DNA of 58,812 nt, filler included, from Sphacelaria rigidula (Eukaryota): the NCBI GenBank assembly GCA_964200075.2. It is 6 parts of 6 records of this genome, joined end to end, with 100 filler letters (N's around TTAATTAATTAA, not from the genome) between each part and the next. Parts side by side here need not be neighbours in the genome. Positions count along the whole stretch, not along the records: positions 19,641 to 29,360 come from CAXNAA020007903.1; positions 29,461 to 39,178 come from CAXNAA020007904.1; 4 more parts are not named here. One strand, given 5' to 3'. Shown piece after piece: positions 24,321-35,684 of the stretch (position 1 is its first letter; each line of letters starts with the position of its first letter). The notes below the pieces were generated by a model. That model was not told the origin of the DNA. It ran no database searches and saw nothing but the letters and a program-made list of their open reading frames with translations. The translations under genes were made by a program, and so were the position numbers.

Positions 24321-27300
24321 GTTATCTTCCTTGTGCCCCCCACCGCATTCCTCCCTTCTTCTGTGGGTATCGTCGAGTATCGGATTACTCCTTTGGAGAT
24401 CTTCACCTCTTCCCGCCCGCTGTAGAAGTGACGCTTGATCGCCAGGGTGGTGTCTTGCGTTCATTTTTCAAGTTCAAGTCTCTGGAGACGGCCACGTCTT
24501 CCTACACTAAACGGCTCTAATATTGAACTCTTCGACCTCCGATTGGGTCATCTGGGTTTTGCATCCATTTTTCGAGTGAAAAGTATGCCAATAAAACATA
24601 TGGCCGACCCTGGGGTGGGTGACACTTGTCCCCGACGTACAAGCTCAAGTCGCAGCGGACGCAGGCTGCAGAGGCGGTACCGCAAACATTTTACCAATAC
24701 AATCGACACAACAGACGAAGAGAAGAGCATAATTCAGTCACCATGATGTCTGTTCCAGTACACGCCATGTTCTCTACCTTGGGGTCTCTGCGACTGTTTG
24801 CACAAGCGGCGGCACATTTCTCAACAGAATAATGTCAGAGTGCATCATACTTGCACATGCGCAAGCACCGAACCAAAGTTACTCCGCGACCGATTCAGAC
24901 CTGCCCTCCGAGGGTTCCCCCCGAGCCACTTCTGGCTGTGATTATTTTTCATTTGCAGTTATTGGGGACGGCACGTTGCTGGGGACAGTCCATTGAGGAA
25001 TAGACTGTGCCCGCGCGGTTCTCTACGGTTACGCGCGCGATTCGAGGGCCGATTTTTGCGTTGGGTGCTTCAAACCCCAATGCATTATACTGCATTGGCC
25101 AGTCAAGGGCACGTCCCGCGGTCAGATCAGTAAGCCGCAAAAAATATATTTCTCAGGTTTAGAGTTTACTCCTTCGAAGGACAAGGCCAACGCTTTAGGA
25201 TGGGTGTGGAGGGTAAGCAAGGGTATGTAGGGTGTGAACAGGGAAGGCGTTGCCTGCATGCGCGACTACCCCGTAAAAAAATTGGGCTATAAAACGAAGT
25301 GTATTTGGGGGAGCATCCTGGGGCAAAAAGGAAAAGAGGGTTCATTGTCTCTGGTCGTTATGAATTCCTCGAATAGCCCATGCACTTTTTTCGTCCCGAT
25401 TAGCATATCTAGCTGTACTCGAAGTGATTATTCACCGCCTGCCTGCTCTTCGGCGTCATGCACGAGTACGCGATACCACACTCATGCAGAAAATGATTGT
25501 CTGTGTACAGAGCTGTTTCACAGATCTGTGATACAATAAAACGATTCCCCCGAAGAAATCGGGGTCTCGAAAAAATAGAGATTCGTTGACATAGAATATG
25601 GTCGAAGTCACGGGGGGGAGGGAATGCAGGGGAGGGAAGATGGGGTCATCGCACATACATCCTGTACATCGTTTCAAAATTCAAAATTCCACAGTAAACG
25701 ACACCAAATTGAGCAGTGGAATCGCGTTTTCGCGTCGAAAACCGATCTCCGTGTGAAGATGGACCGGCCACGACGCGAACAGGAAACTCTGAACCGCGGT
25801 TACGCTGTTCAATTTAAAGTTTTTTCCCATGACATGTTGACACAATATACTTGAGCTATGTTCAAAGACGACAATCCCCCCCCTCCCCCCCGCCCCCTGC
25901 TTTTATTTTTTTCTTGAAAGCGTAGTGGAGGATTTTGTCCCTAGAAAACTATACCGAAGTTTGGATTACCAATAGATTGCTCTACTTTGCATCGCGCTTC
26001 CAATTTTCTTTTCCTTTGTTGAAATGGAAAAGGAGCATAATCCGCACACAAGTAGAAGCACGGAAGGAAACACTTGAAATTGGTGAAGTATAAATCCACT
26101 GAAGCTCTCGCGTCTCGCACGAGCGAATAAAATGCAGTCTATATAGCCACACGACGTCGTTCCACGTTCGCAAGGGCCCGCAGGAAGGCAGAGCTCAGAC
26201 CGGAGTCGTCGCCCGACAAGTTCTCGCTAGGTTCTACTGCACTATCCCCGGCCACTACTAGTAGATCCGTCTTGACGTACACGTACAAGACCTGTCGCCC
26301 GGAGTGCTATTGGCTATCGAACGAGGCAGACGCGGTAGTGCTACCTCCACTAGTGCAAAAATCCACGAAAAGTCTTGACTGTCTTGTTCCTCGCAAGCTA
26401 CTTTTCGTGTGACAGACTGCTGTTTGTTTGACGACAACGCATTCGATGTAGGAATAGGGCCGGCCGTAGTTGTGGGGGGAAACTGTATTGCGTACCGGAG
26501 CAGCAGTCTCTCCGCTCCTGCACTGTTATGGGTAAGAATGGAGGCCGATTTTGGGTACCATATTCATGGAAGGGGCAAGCTGAACGCTACATGCGTCAGA
26601 AGTGGTCTGTAATCCAACGAATCATATCAATGGAAAATACACGCGTCACCTACAAATGACAATTTGACTGAAAAAAATGAACTGTACTTCTTGTACATTC
26701 ATTCAAGCCTGGGAGTGGTCGGTGTTGAGGTGATTTTGTTCCTCCGGAAAGCTCGCTCCACATCAGTAGATGGACAATCTTGTTGCACTAGTTAATAGTG
26801 TCCTGCCTTTGCCTGTACCAGTTGGGAAGCACACGCCCGCGAGCTGCCACCCCACGTTTACCGTCATTGCGAGATGACAAAACAGAGCACGAACAGCAGC
26901 TGTTGTGGCCGCTACAAACCAGCGTAACTGCAGTTAAATGCGTGCCTGACATGGTGCGAGAACGAGAAAGTACGGAAATTTGGAGATCATGAGCAGCAGC
27001 GTCGCGCATCAGAAAGCTACTGAGAACGATGCTGATGATGTTGGCGATCAAGAGGTTCACGCTGTGCGGATTGGCTACGCGCTGCATGTCCTGCACACAG
27101 CTATGACTGCGGGATTGGAGAGTGAATTTGTCATGGGCCCCATGGGGTCAGGGTCATGGCATGAGTGGAAGCAATCCCATCTTGTCAGTCGCTTGGGCAC
27201 GGTGTGGTTCTCTCTGTCCAGATCAACATCTTCAACGTCATTTTATCCCCATTTTCAGTATTGCGAATATGTGTACAGGCAGTCACTTGAAACATCGTGG

Positions 27301-27339
27301 CCCTGCCGACCTAGGCATACATGGTGCGTAGTCTGAAAT

Positions 27340-27850
27340 CAAAATCACTCTTCGCGCCTTGGCTTCTCCGCTGAAACCCTCAGACACAACAGCCGAAGTT
27401 CATGTGTGACCCTACTCTCTGCAACTCAATACATGAAGGGTACTCGCTGTTAAAAGGCGAAGTTGCCCTTCGTGCACAGCCGTACAGAACAAAGCAGCAG
27501 CAGCACCTGGTGGCATGCCACAAATTGAAAAACAAAGCTTCTCAAACATTGCATAGTTTGCATCTTATTCTAATACTATTAATATAGTAGTACAAAACAG
27601 ACAGTTACTAAATACATGACCGCGGTCACCAGCTGATGTAACGCACATACTCGTACTTAAATCACTCTCGACGCCTTGGCTTCTGCACTGAAGCCCTGAC
27701 ATGAAGCAGCCGCCAGCTTTGTCCTTCTTCTGTCAAGTCTCCCTCTGTAATTCGACGCTTCAAAGGATACTCGCCGTTGAAAGGTAAATTTGCCCTTTGT
27801 GCACAGCCGCTCACAACAAAGCAGCGCCTGGGGGCACGCAACCCAAGTGC
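27340..27850. repeat. Diverged tandem duplication (about 27340-27530 and 27658-27850)
   Basis: Shared AAATCACTCT, CGCCTTGGCTTCT, TACTCGCYGTT, TTGCCCTTYGTGCACAGCCG and AACAAAGCAGC. Confidence 0.8.
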
Positions 27851-28740
27851 ATGTTGTCACAACTTGCTTGTAGGAGGAAAAGTAGTATGCGCACCGATTT
27901 TTTTTAATTTGCCATCTTCGACCTCGAAAGACGCTACTGATGTTCAACCCGAAAGTGCAGATCGCGCACCGCTTACAACTCGGCAACGAAGCGAAAGATT
28001 GGACTGCGGTTTCTTGCGTGCGCTTCCCACACACCCAAGCTATGTCACAACGTTTAATTGTTGCGTTTGCGCGTGATGCTGACTCGCAAATGACTTAAAT
28101 AAACTAAAATAAGGTGTTTTCTGCTCTGGGAGGGGAATTTCGTGCCGCTGACGCGACGCCAGCAAAATACCAATTGTGAGCCCCTACATCTTATGTGTAT
28201 GCGGGGGGCTGTCAAGTGCCGTGGATCGGCTTGCTTCCTGTGTCGAGAACCGCGCGATCTCCAGTGCTATAGCTTTCCCATACTACACCAATTGAATAAG
28301 TGATGAAGTGTGTGTTCTGTTCGTGAGGGCCTCGGCACAGGTCCGACCACCTACTGACGTGTTCATTATTCCTCCGCGTTATTTCTTATTGTAAATCTTG
28401 TGCCGATTTTTGGTCGTTGGGGCCTCCATTCCTACCCATAACTGTACAAAAACATACCCGCCCGCGGTGCGACCTATTTGCAGGTGGGGTATGCAAGTAA
28501 GAACGTACAGGTCGCGAACGCCTCCGGAACCAATTCCACGACAAACTGAATTTCAAATGCTGATGAGCACACGAAACAACAGGCGTTCTCCACAGTAGCG
28601 CACAGCAGGGCTGTAACACCGATCATATCGATTTTGTTGTAGGGCAGGATGCTGTAAACCTAGGCGACGATGAGTTCTTTGCTTCGTACTACCGGGAATC
28701 GTGAAATCAATTGTTTTCCCTTGGGGCACTTCTTCAGGGC

Positions 28741-29198
28741 AATTTCTTGAAGAACATCTATATGTTGATTGTCGATAGCTGGGTCGCATGGACAACATGA
28801 TATCAGCTGGGTGTTCAAGTGTAATCCTGTCCTGAGAGTGTGCATTACGTAATGACAACCGTTCACACCCGCCGCAGCCCATGCGCAGGAACACAGCGTA
28901 TCCGGGCAGATAACGACATTTGGATGCTATGAGTACTACACACGGCCGTATACCAGCAAGTGGGGGAACTTGTGAACTCACATCATCATTGTACTACAAG
29001 TATCGTTGTCCGCTGTCTGCTGTGCGGACTCTACACTATGTGCAGCGGACAACAGCAGTGGTACAAAAGTACTGCTGTGCGGGGCATGAATTTCTTGAAG
29101 AACAAATATATGTTGATAGTCGATAATTGGGTCGCATGGACAACATGATATCAGCTGGGTGTCCAAGTGTAATCCTGTCATGAGAGTGTGCATTACGT
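28741..29198. repeat. Direct duplication of ~110 bp (28741-28850 and 29089-29198)
   Basis: AATTTCTTGAAGAACA...TGGGTCGCATGGACAACATGATATCAGCTGGGTGT...GAGAGTGTGCATTACGT occurs twice, nearly identical. Confidence 0.9.
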
Positions 29199-29870
29199 TT
29201 CATTTTTTTTCTCTTGATGGAAGGAGGAAACCCAACCCAACATTTACCCCGCTGGCGATCGCAACGATCGCGAGCGAGTTCGTGTGCTGATTACCCGAAG
29301 GCTCGGCTAGACCGCCTTGCGGCGGTCATGCGGGGAAGGCGCCTCGAGCTGTGGCTCAAGNNNNNNNNNNNNNNNNNNNNNNNNNNNNNNNNNNNNNNNN
29401 NNNNTTAATTAATTAANNNNNNNNNNNNNNNNNNNNNNNNNNNNNNNNNNNNNNNNNNNNTGTAACCTTGTACTATATTACTGCATGTCCGAGTACAGGC
29501 TGTACTCTGCAAGCACACAGACAATACAGTAGTGCCAGGTTACAAGCACGGGCTGTACGCGCGAGCACAGTAGGTAGCTGTGCTTTGCCAATACAGTGCA
29601 GGACTATTCCGTCTTCACTGTAGGGTTCGAGGCTACATGAAGATGCACGTACATGACAGTGGATGCAGATGCAGAGGAGATGGCTACTGGTTACTGCCTG
29701 CACTCCGGTACACGTGAAGGCTTCACTTTGTTTGCAAGCATCCGTAACGGGAAGCAGATTCAAAAATGTGGGCTCCCGAACAAAAAAACAACGCGGTATC
29801 GGTCATGATAAAAGGTGACGGTGGAAATAAGGATCCACCTATGTAGATGGGCATACTTTTTGCCGCGTGT

Positions 29871-30435
29871 GTGCGTGTTTCGTGCCGTAGGATTTTGAAG
29901 AAAAGCGGGCAACGTGCAGTGCAGACAGCCCAGGGCTATCAGTTCTCTATGCTTACAATGCGACGTGAAAAGAATTTCAACATTGTGCAGCTTGGTACTG
30001 CCCGCACTGTTCGTGAGGGTGTACGCAACTCGGTTGCCCACCGCACCACGCAGTTCCGTTGCTGATCCCCACCATGAAAAAATATGTGCAAGTTTTCGCC
30101 AGCAAAAAATGAACAAAGCATATCCAACTATTGAATTGTATCTATCCCTGTGCTCGACTCGTACTCGATGCTGAAGGGTTGCGGTGGTAGCTGAGAATGA
30201 GTTGGATGGAGTTTCTACGGTTTTGTGAACGGGTCTTATCTGGCATGGTGGTCTGTGAGATAGGAGTCAAGTGCCGTTTCGTGCCTTTCGACCGCATGTT
30301 TTCGATTGAATAAGCTCAGCTTTATCATTTGTGGTTCTTCTCCGCGCGCCGCTAAATATAAGTTCGAGTCGAAGCATCCTAAGAACAGAAATGCGATGGG
30401 CCTATCAGATCGAGAATAAAAAATGGACCGCACTT
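29871..30435 (+). repeat. Dispersed ~570-bp repeat, copy 2
   Basis: Collinear with 10349-10915. Confidence 0.85.
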
Positions 30436-30595
30436 CAGACTAAAAAATAATGGGTTATTTCGAACTGATCCAAACACGAAGATCAGGGGGAAGCTGGGTA
30501 TGTATCACTTGTGAGAATGAGACGTGCCTGCTCCTATAACTTCTGGCCTCTGCGTAAGTTGGGACCAGCTGCTGCACCGTGGAAAGTGCATCGCG

Positions 30596-30890
30596 TCCGG
30601 TATTTACCAGGATATCCCATACCGGGGTATGCGTGGGTATGAGTTTTGAAAATACATGATCGAGCGGGTACAGTAGGTACTGGTATCTCGAAATACGGTG
30701 GTATCGTAGGTATCGTAGGTATCGTAGGTATGACATTTGAGAAAACCCGATTGGGCGAGTACGGTAGATAGTGGAATCTCGAAATACCGTGGTATCGTAG
30801 GTATCGTAGGTATGACATTTGAAAATACCCGATTGGACCGGTATCGGTAGGGTATGAGATGTTCCAAATACCGGTACCGGGTACCTACCA
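30596..30890. repeat. GGTATC(GTA)-rich tandem repeat with an ~95-bp higher-order unit
   Basis: ATCTCGAAATAC.GTGGTATCGTAGGTATCGTAGGTATGACATTTGA...CCCGATTGG occurs twice. Confidence 0.85.
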
Positions 30891-32175
30891 CACCTACGGT
30901 GCCTGTGTATGTTTTCGAGGCATTCCTTCATCGGCCAAGTGGTGCACACACCTCGGTATGTATGTGTACTGGTCTACGATCGGTATAGGTGGGGGGGGGG
31001 CGCCTTCGTACCATGGATGGGTTGCCAGTCCAACTAAATATCCGTGTGTGCGACATACAGTACCCGGAGAACGGCAAGAAAGCATAGCGTCTATCAGTTT
31101 CGCTGAGTGATGGACAGCACAGTAGTAGAGAACAGCATACGAGTACTCAGCGACTCGTGAGGGCGCGGGCAGTCGACAGCGGGTGTACCTGAATAATTGC
31201 TCCGAACGTCTCAACAGTCAGGGACTCGTGAGGCGGTGTCTTACCGAGACCAAAAAGAGAAGGGGGAGAAGGAACAATCGTCCACAAGCATCATGTTGAA
31301 TGATCGCCAGGCGGGTCTACGGTTGGGGTCACTTATCAACATGCTGCTTTTGGACGCTTGTTCCTGTTCCCGCTTCTACCTTTTAGTCTGGGTAATAAAA
31401 CACGGCCCGAGAACGCCGGCGTCGACAGCGGTGTGTACCTTAATAATTGCTCCGCAGGTCTCAATTGACTGTATATTGTTGCTGAGCCATATATATATAT
31501 CCATCTACGATATCAAAGTACACAGCTCTGGCGATTCAGCCACGACTGCGCTAAGCCATGGGAGACCACGCAATGAAGCTCATGCTACAATCGAATAAAG
31601 AACAGCAAGACGGCTGCATAGTGAGGCTAAGGTTGCGCACATTGAATTGGTATACAGCAGACCACCCGCCCGCCATACTCGTAGAAGCACAAGAAACCGT
31701 AGCCCCGGATACACAGACGGCACGGTTCAGCGCGGTACAAAAATGGATGCAATGAAGTACATGGTACAGTATGGTTCCGGGATGAGATACCTGATATGAA
31801 TGTCTCAAGCGCACGCACCTCACTCAGATGAATGTCGCAAGCGCACGAACCTCACAGCTTCTGTCGATGTAAAAACATGCGGAGTGCAGCAGCCAGCCGG
31901 CTTTCTCAGGTAGGCCAGAAGATCACATGCGCAAATTGCAGACCCGCGGTAGCATGCGAACCGCAAATACTTATGCCGCAGCATGAAACCGTCACGTGCC
32001 AAGCAGGTGACATCATCGACTTGAATCGATGATCGATCAAGATCGCATCAAGGCAAAAAAAAAAATGATGCCGTTCTTCTCACTCGTTCTCAGCATCACT
32101 TCCTCACTCTGCTACTACTCCATCAACCCACGTCTCAGCCAACTACACTTACAGCACACCCCTTAGCGCTTGAAA

Positions 32176-32237
32176 ATGAAGGCCGCTGCTATGGCTATCG
32201 CTTGCGCCGCCGGCGCCCAGGCTTTCGTGGCCCCAAG
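32176..32237 (+). CDS. Lhcf: Fucoxanthin-chlorophyll a/c-binding protein, exon 1 (signal peptide)
   Basis: Encodes MKAAAMAIACAAGAQAFVAP with an AQA-FVAP (ASAFAP-type) cleavage motif. Donor AG/GTGAGA is phase 2, compatible with the acceptor at 35086. Confidence 0.9.
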
Positions 32238-33752
32238 GTGAGACGAACGTCAAAGAAAAGTTCCACATTCAGAGTTCAATCAGTTCCTCCACCTTCTTCC
32301 AGTCCAGTTCAGTTTACAGGGGCGAAGAGGGAATTACAGCGTATCTTCGCATGATCCTGATATGTTCCAGACCCGCGCTACCGTGGGGGTCGAACAGTTG
32401 GGCCCAAATCTTTCTTGCTTCTAAGGCTTTCCAACATTCAAAGCTACGCAAGAACACGGGTCAGGACATTCTCGTCATCAAGTTCTTACCGGGATATTAC
32501 TAGCCTGTTGGGATGCTGATCGTTCGCTTGCCCACATACTCGAGTCTTTGGATAAGCTCACAGCATTTGGAACCTCGGGAAATATCTTGGTGCATATACG
32601 TCGTTTTGCTCCGCAAGCTTTACATAACCCGTGTATATCACTTGAACGTTGGATGTACCCCAGCGAGTCTTGCAATAGGTAGTCGGTTGGGAGGTCCCTC
32701 ATCACAAGTTGAAGCGTCATGTTCGTTATCCAGAAGGTAGCGACGTGAACCCCTCAAACCCCGCTGCAAATATCAAGAGGGTCGTTTTCATGGATTGAAA
32801 TTTGAAATCTTTCACCCTCGACGAGGGTCGACAACTTCGATCACAACCTACTCCCAACAGGGAACAGCTGGTGCTCCCGCGCCCCGACTTGGTATACCGG
32901 AAAGGGTACTGCGCCGTCCTACCTGTGACCCAACGCACTTGACTCCCTTGTTTAGCGCAGGCAGTAAGCCTGCAGTCAATGTGAGCGGTTCATGCGTGTG
33001 CATGAGCTTAATGACAGTCGCGATACAGAGTGATCATGTTATGGGCCATGTCGCGCGAATCATGCGCGCCCAAGAACGTCGAAGACGACGAGCTGGCAAA
33101 GCGAAATCATTTTCTCCATTGCCTGGTCGGGCTTGGTAGAGTAAGAGCAAAGTGAACAGCTTGCGCCTGTTGACACAAATGTCTCTACTTTTTCCGTGGT
33201 AGCTTTATAGCTGTGCAGCTTTCAGATGATACAAATAGATTCCCTTCAAGTGTCACGACCAGATGGGCCTTCACTCAAGTTCAAGGTCGAAGTGCCCACC
33301 GTTATTTCCGTTGGTTCTCAAACTTCATGAAGTCGATGTTGAGGGCAACGGCATGGCTCGGTGGGTCCACACAGCCGCCTATCGTGCCGGATAATCGCAA
33401 GCAGATGTCGCGTTGCGGTCAGCACTCTTCTTTCTCTGTTTCCTCAAGGATGCCGTAATTTTTCCCCATGTAATCCATACTGTGCTGTACTCGGGTGAAG
33501 CGCCTTCGTCGTGAAGTAGTTTTATGATGCAATTGCTATCGACCCTGTATGAAAATTCGGAACATATTGGTACATGCCCTTGGTACACCCCAGTGGTACA
33601 CTCGATACGACGTTGCTCTTGAAACTCGAATGAGCTATAGTTGCCACACCGAAGACAAGAGCGAACCTCACGATTTAAAGTGCCGCGGATGGCCTGAATG
33701 GTGAAAAAGAGGCATGAACCCACAGTTATCGGCGGAGGATTAGAAGCGTACG

Positions 33753-34120
33753 GAAATTCGATCGTAACCGCATCCTCAAAGTACCGGTAGTTGTGCCGCC
33801 CTTGCCTCAGTAAACGAGGCGTGCGTGCGTGGGCGCGTGTCTCGAGGGACACAACGAGGTGGTTGTCCTAGCGCACCGAAACATGGTCGGGACATCCCGA
33901 AATACCGACAAAGTTTCACACGTCGGACAGCTCTTCGAAATTCGATTGTCACGTGCACCCTGAAGTAGCAGTAGTTGTGCCGCCCTTGGCTTGGTAAATG
34001 AGGCGTGTGCACGTGGGCGCGTGCCTCGAGGGAGACAATGAGGTGGCTGTCCTAGCGCACGAGGACATGATCTAGACATCCCGAAATACCGACACAGTTT
34101 CACATGTCGGACAGCTCTTG
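33753..34120. repeat. Two tandem ~185-bp units inside the Lhcf intron
   Basis: GAAATTCGAT...GTAGTTGTGCCGCCCTTG...GACATCCCGAAATACCGACA...GTCGGACAGCTCTT is repeated. Confidence 0.9.
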
Positions 34121-34643
34121 AGCTAGCTCATTTGGCGACTATTTCCGTACTAGTTCACGACAGCGATGTATACCGAACACGCGGTGTAGCGTGAAGGTGA
34201 GGCCTTGACTACTCGGACGCTGCCGTCACGTTTTTCGATGTTGTACAGTGGATCTGAGAGTTCTCTTGGAGTAGTTACTGGAGGTAGCTCATGAGCTGTC
34301 CGACGTTTGCAGAATTTGCCGACCCCTCAGATAACGTAGTGGTCTGCGAGATGGATGTACCTCGATAGTACTGGACACCTGTCCGCAAGTGCAAGACTCG
34401 TCGTGAAACAGCTCCAAGCTGCCGCATTTCAAGTACCATGTTGTGATCCGATTCCTGCTGGACCTGCTGTAATGCCCTGTACTCTTGATTGACTCGACAG
34501 CTCGAAGCTGCACCCATCTGTCTGTGCTGTCGCTCTGTCGGCAACAGAGCGATATCAGCTGTCTTCGAGTCGGGGCCTTCGTGAACACCCCTCGCGTCGG
34601 ACCCCCGCCGGTGGTGATTCTGTAGGGCTGTTGCAAATATTTG

Positions 34644-34866
34644 AATATTTCGAGGGTAGGTCGAGTAGAGTATACTCAATTGCGGGGTATTTTGAAAGAC
34701 GTACTTGGGGTACTCAAATAAGGGTAGCGTGTTGAGAGTCGTACCCAAAATATAACGGGAAGGCGATCCCTGAAACTCTACCCCCGATTTGTGTACTTGA
34801 GTACGACTTTCGAAATACCCCGCAATCAGGTACTGTATACTCTACTCGACCTGCCCTTGTAATATT
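34644..34866. mobile_element. Fold-back (palindromic) MITE-like element in the Lhcf intron
   Basis: Left arm AGGGTAGGTCGAGTAGAGTATAC..TTGCGGGGTATTTTGAAAGACGTACT matches the reverse complement of the right arm, AGGGCAGGTCGAGTAGAGTATAC..TTGCGGGGTATTTCGAAAGTCGTACT. Confidence 0.75.
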
Positions 34867-35086
34867 TCACGTGGCAGAGGAGTGCGCCACTGAATAAGTC
34901 GTTACATGCCTTCCCTCACCTTACCGATTTTGATGCTTCACGCACTCCGCAGACGTCGCAGCTCGCGGCGCTGAAATGTGCTACTTTATACGGTATTGAC
35001 TCGTCGAATAACACTTGCCGTTTTCCTTCCCCCTTCCTCCTGCCCTGCCGTCTCGGATCCAACCGTTACCTATTTTGCTCTTCCAG

Positions 35087-35684
35087 CGCCTTCAACGGTG
35101 CCGCCCTGACCAAGGCGAAGGCTTCCTCCACCTCCATGAAGATGTCGTACGAGTCTGAGCTCGGTGTGCAGCCCCCTCTCGGCTTCTGGGACCCGCTTGG
35201 CCTCGTCGAGGACGTGGACCAGGAGCAGTTCGACTACCTCCGGCTGGCGGAAGTCAAGCACGGCCGTATCGCAATGATAGCCGTGGTAGGACACTTGACC
35301 GCCCAGAACGTCCGCTTCCCGGGGCTGCTCTCAAGCTCCGAGAACCTCGCCTTCGCGGACATGCCGAACGGCCTCACCGCGCTCGCCAAGATCCCCCCCG
35401 CGGGCATATTACAGATCTTGTTGTTCATCTTCTTCATGGAAGTGGGCGTGATGAAGCAGGTGGAGGGCTCGTTCCCAGGGGACATGACATACGGCGGGAA
35501 GAACCCATGGGCTAAGCAGTGGAACTCGATGAGCCCCGAACAGCAGAAGAAGAAGAGGGCGATCGAGCTAAACAACGGACGCGCCGCGCAGATGGGTATC
35601 TTCGGCCTTGTCGTGCACGAGTCCATCAACGGCCACCCGTACGTCATCAACGACCTGCTCGGCATGTCTTACAGCTTCCCTTGA
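35087..35684 (+). CDS. Lhcf: Fucoxanthin-chlorophyll a/c-binding protein (light-harvesting complex), exon 2; full protein 219 aa
   Basis: Polypyrimidine acceptor ttttgctcttccag. Transit peptide AFNGAALTKAKASSTSMKM, then LHC motifs PPLGFWDPLGL, EVKHGRIAM and ELNNGRAAQMG. GC3-rich codons; intact to TGA. Confidence 0.97.

Noticed and set aside
29914-30174. Same-frame Cys-rich ORFs in both copies of the 570-bp repeat
   Set aside because: The copies differ by many amino-acid replacements and shift frame downstream; no sign of coding constraint.
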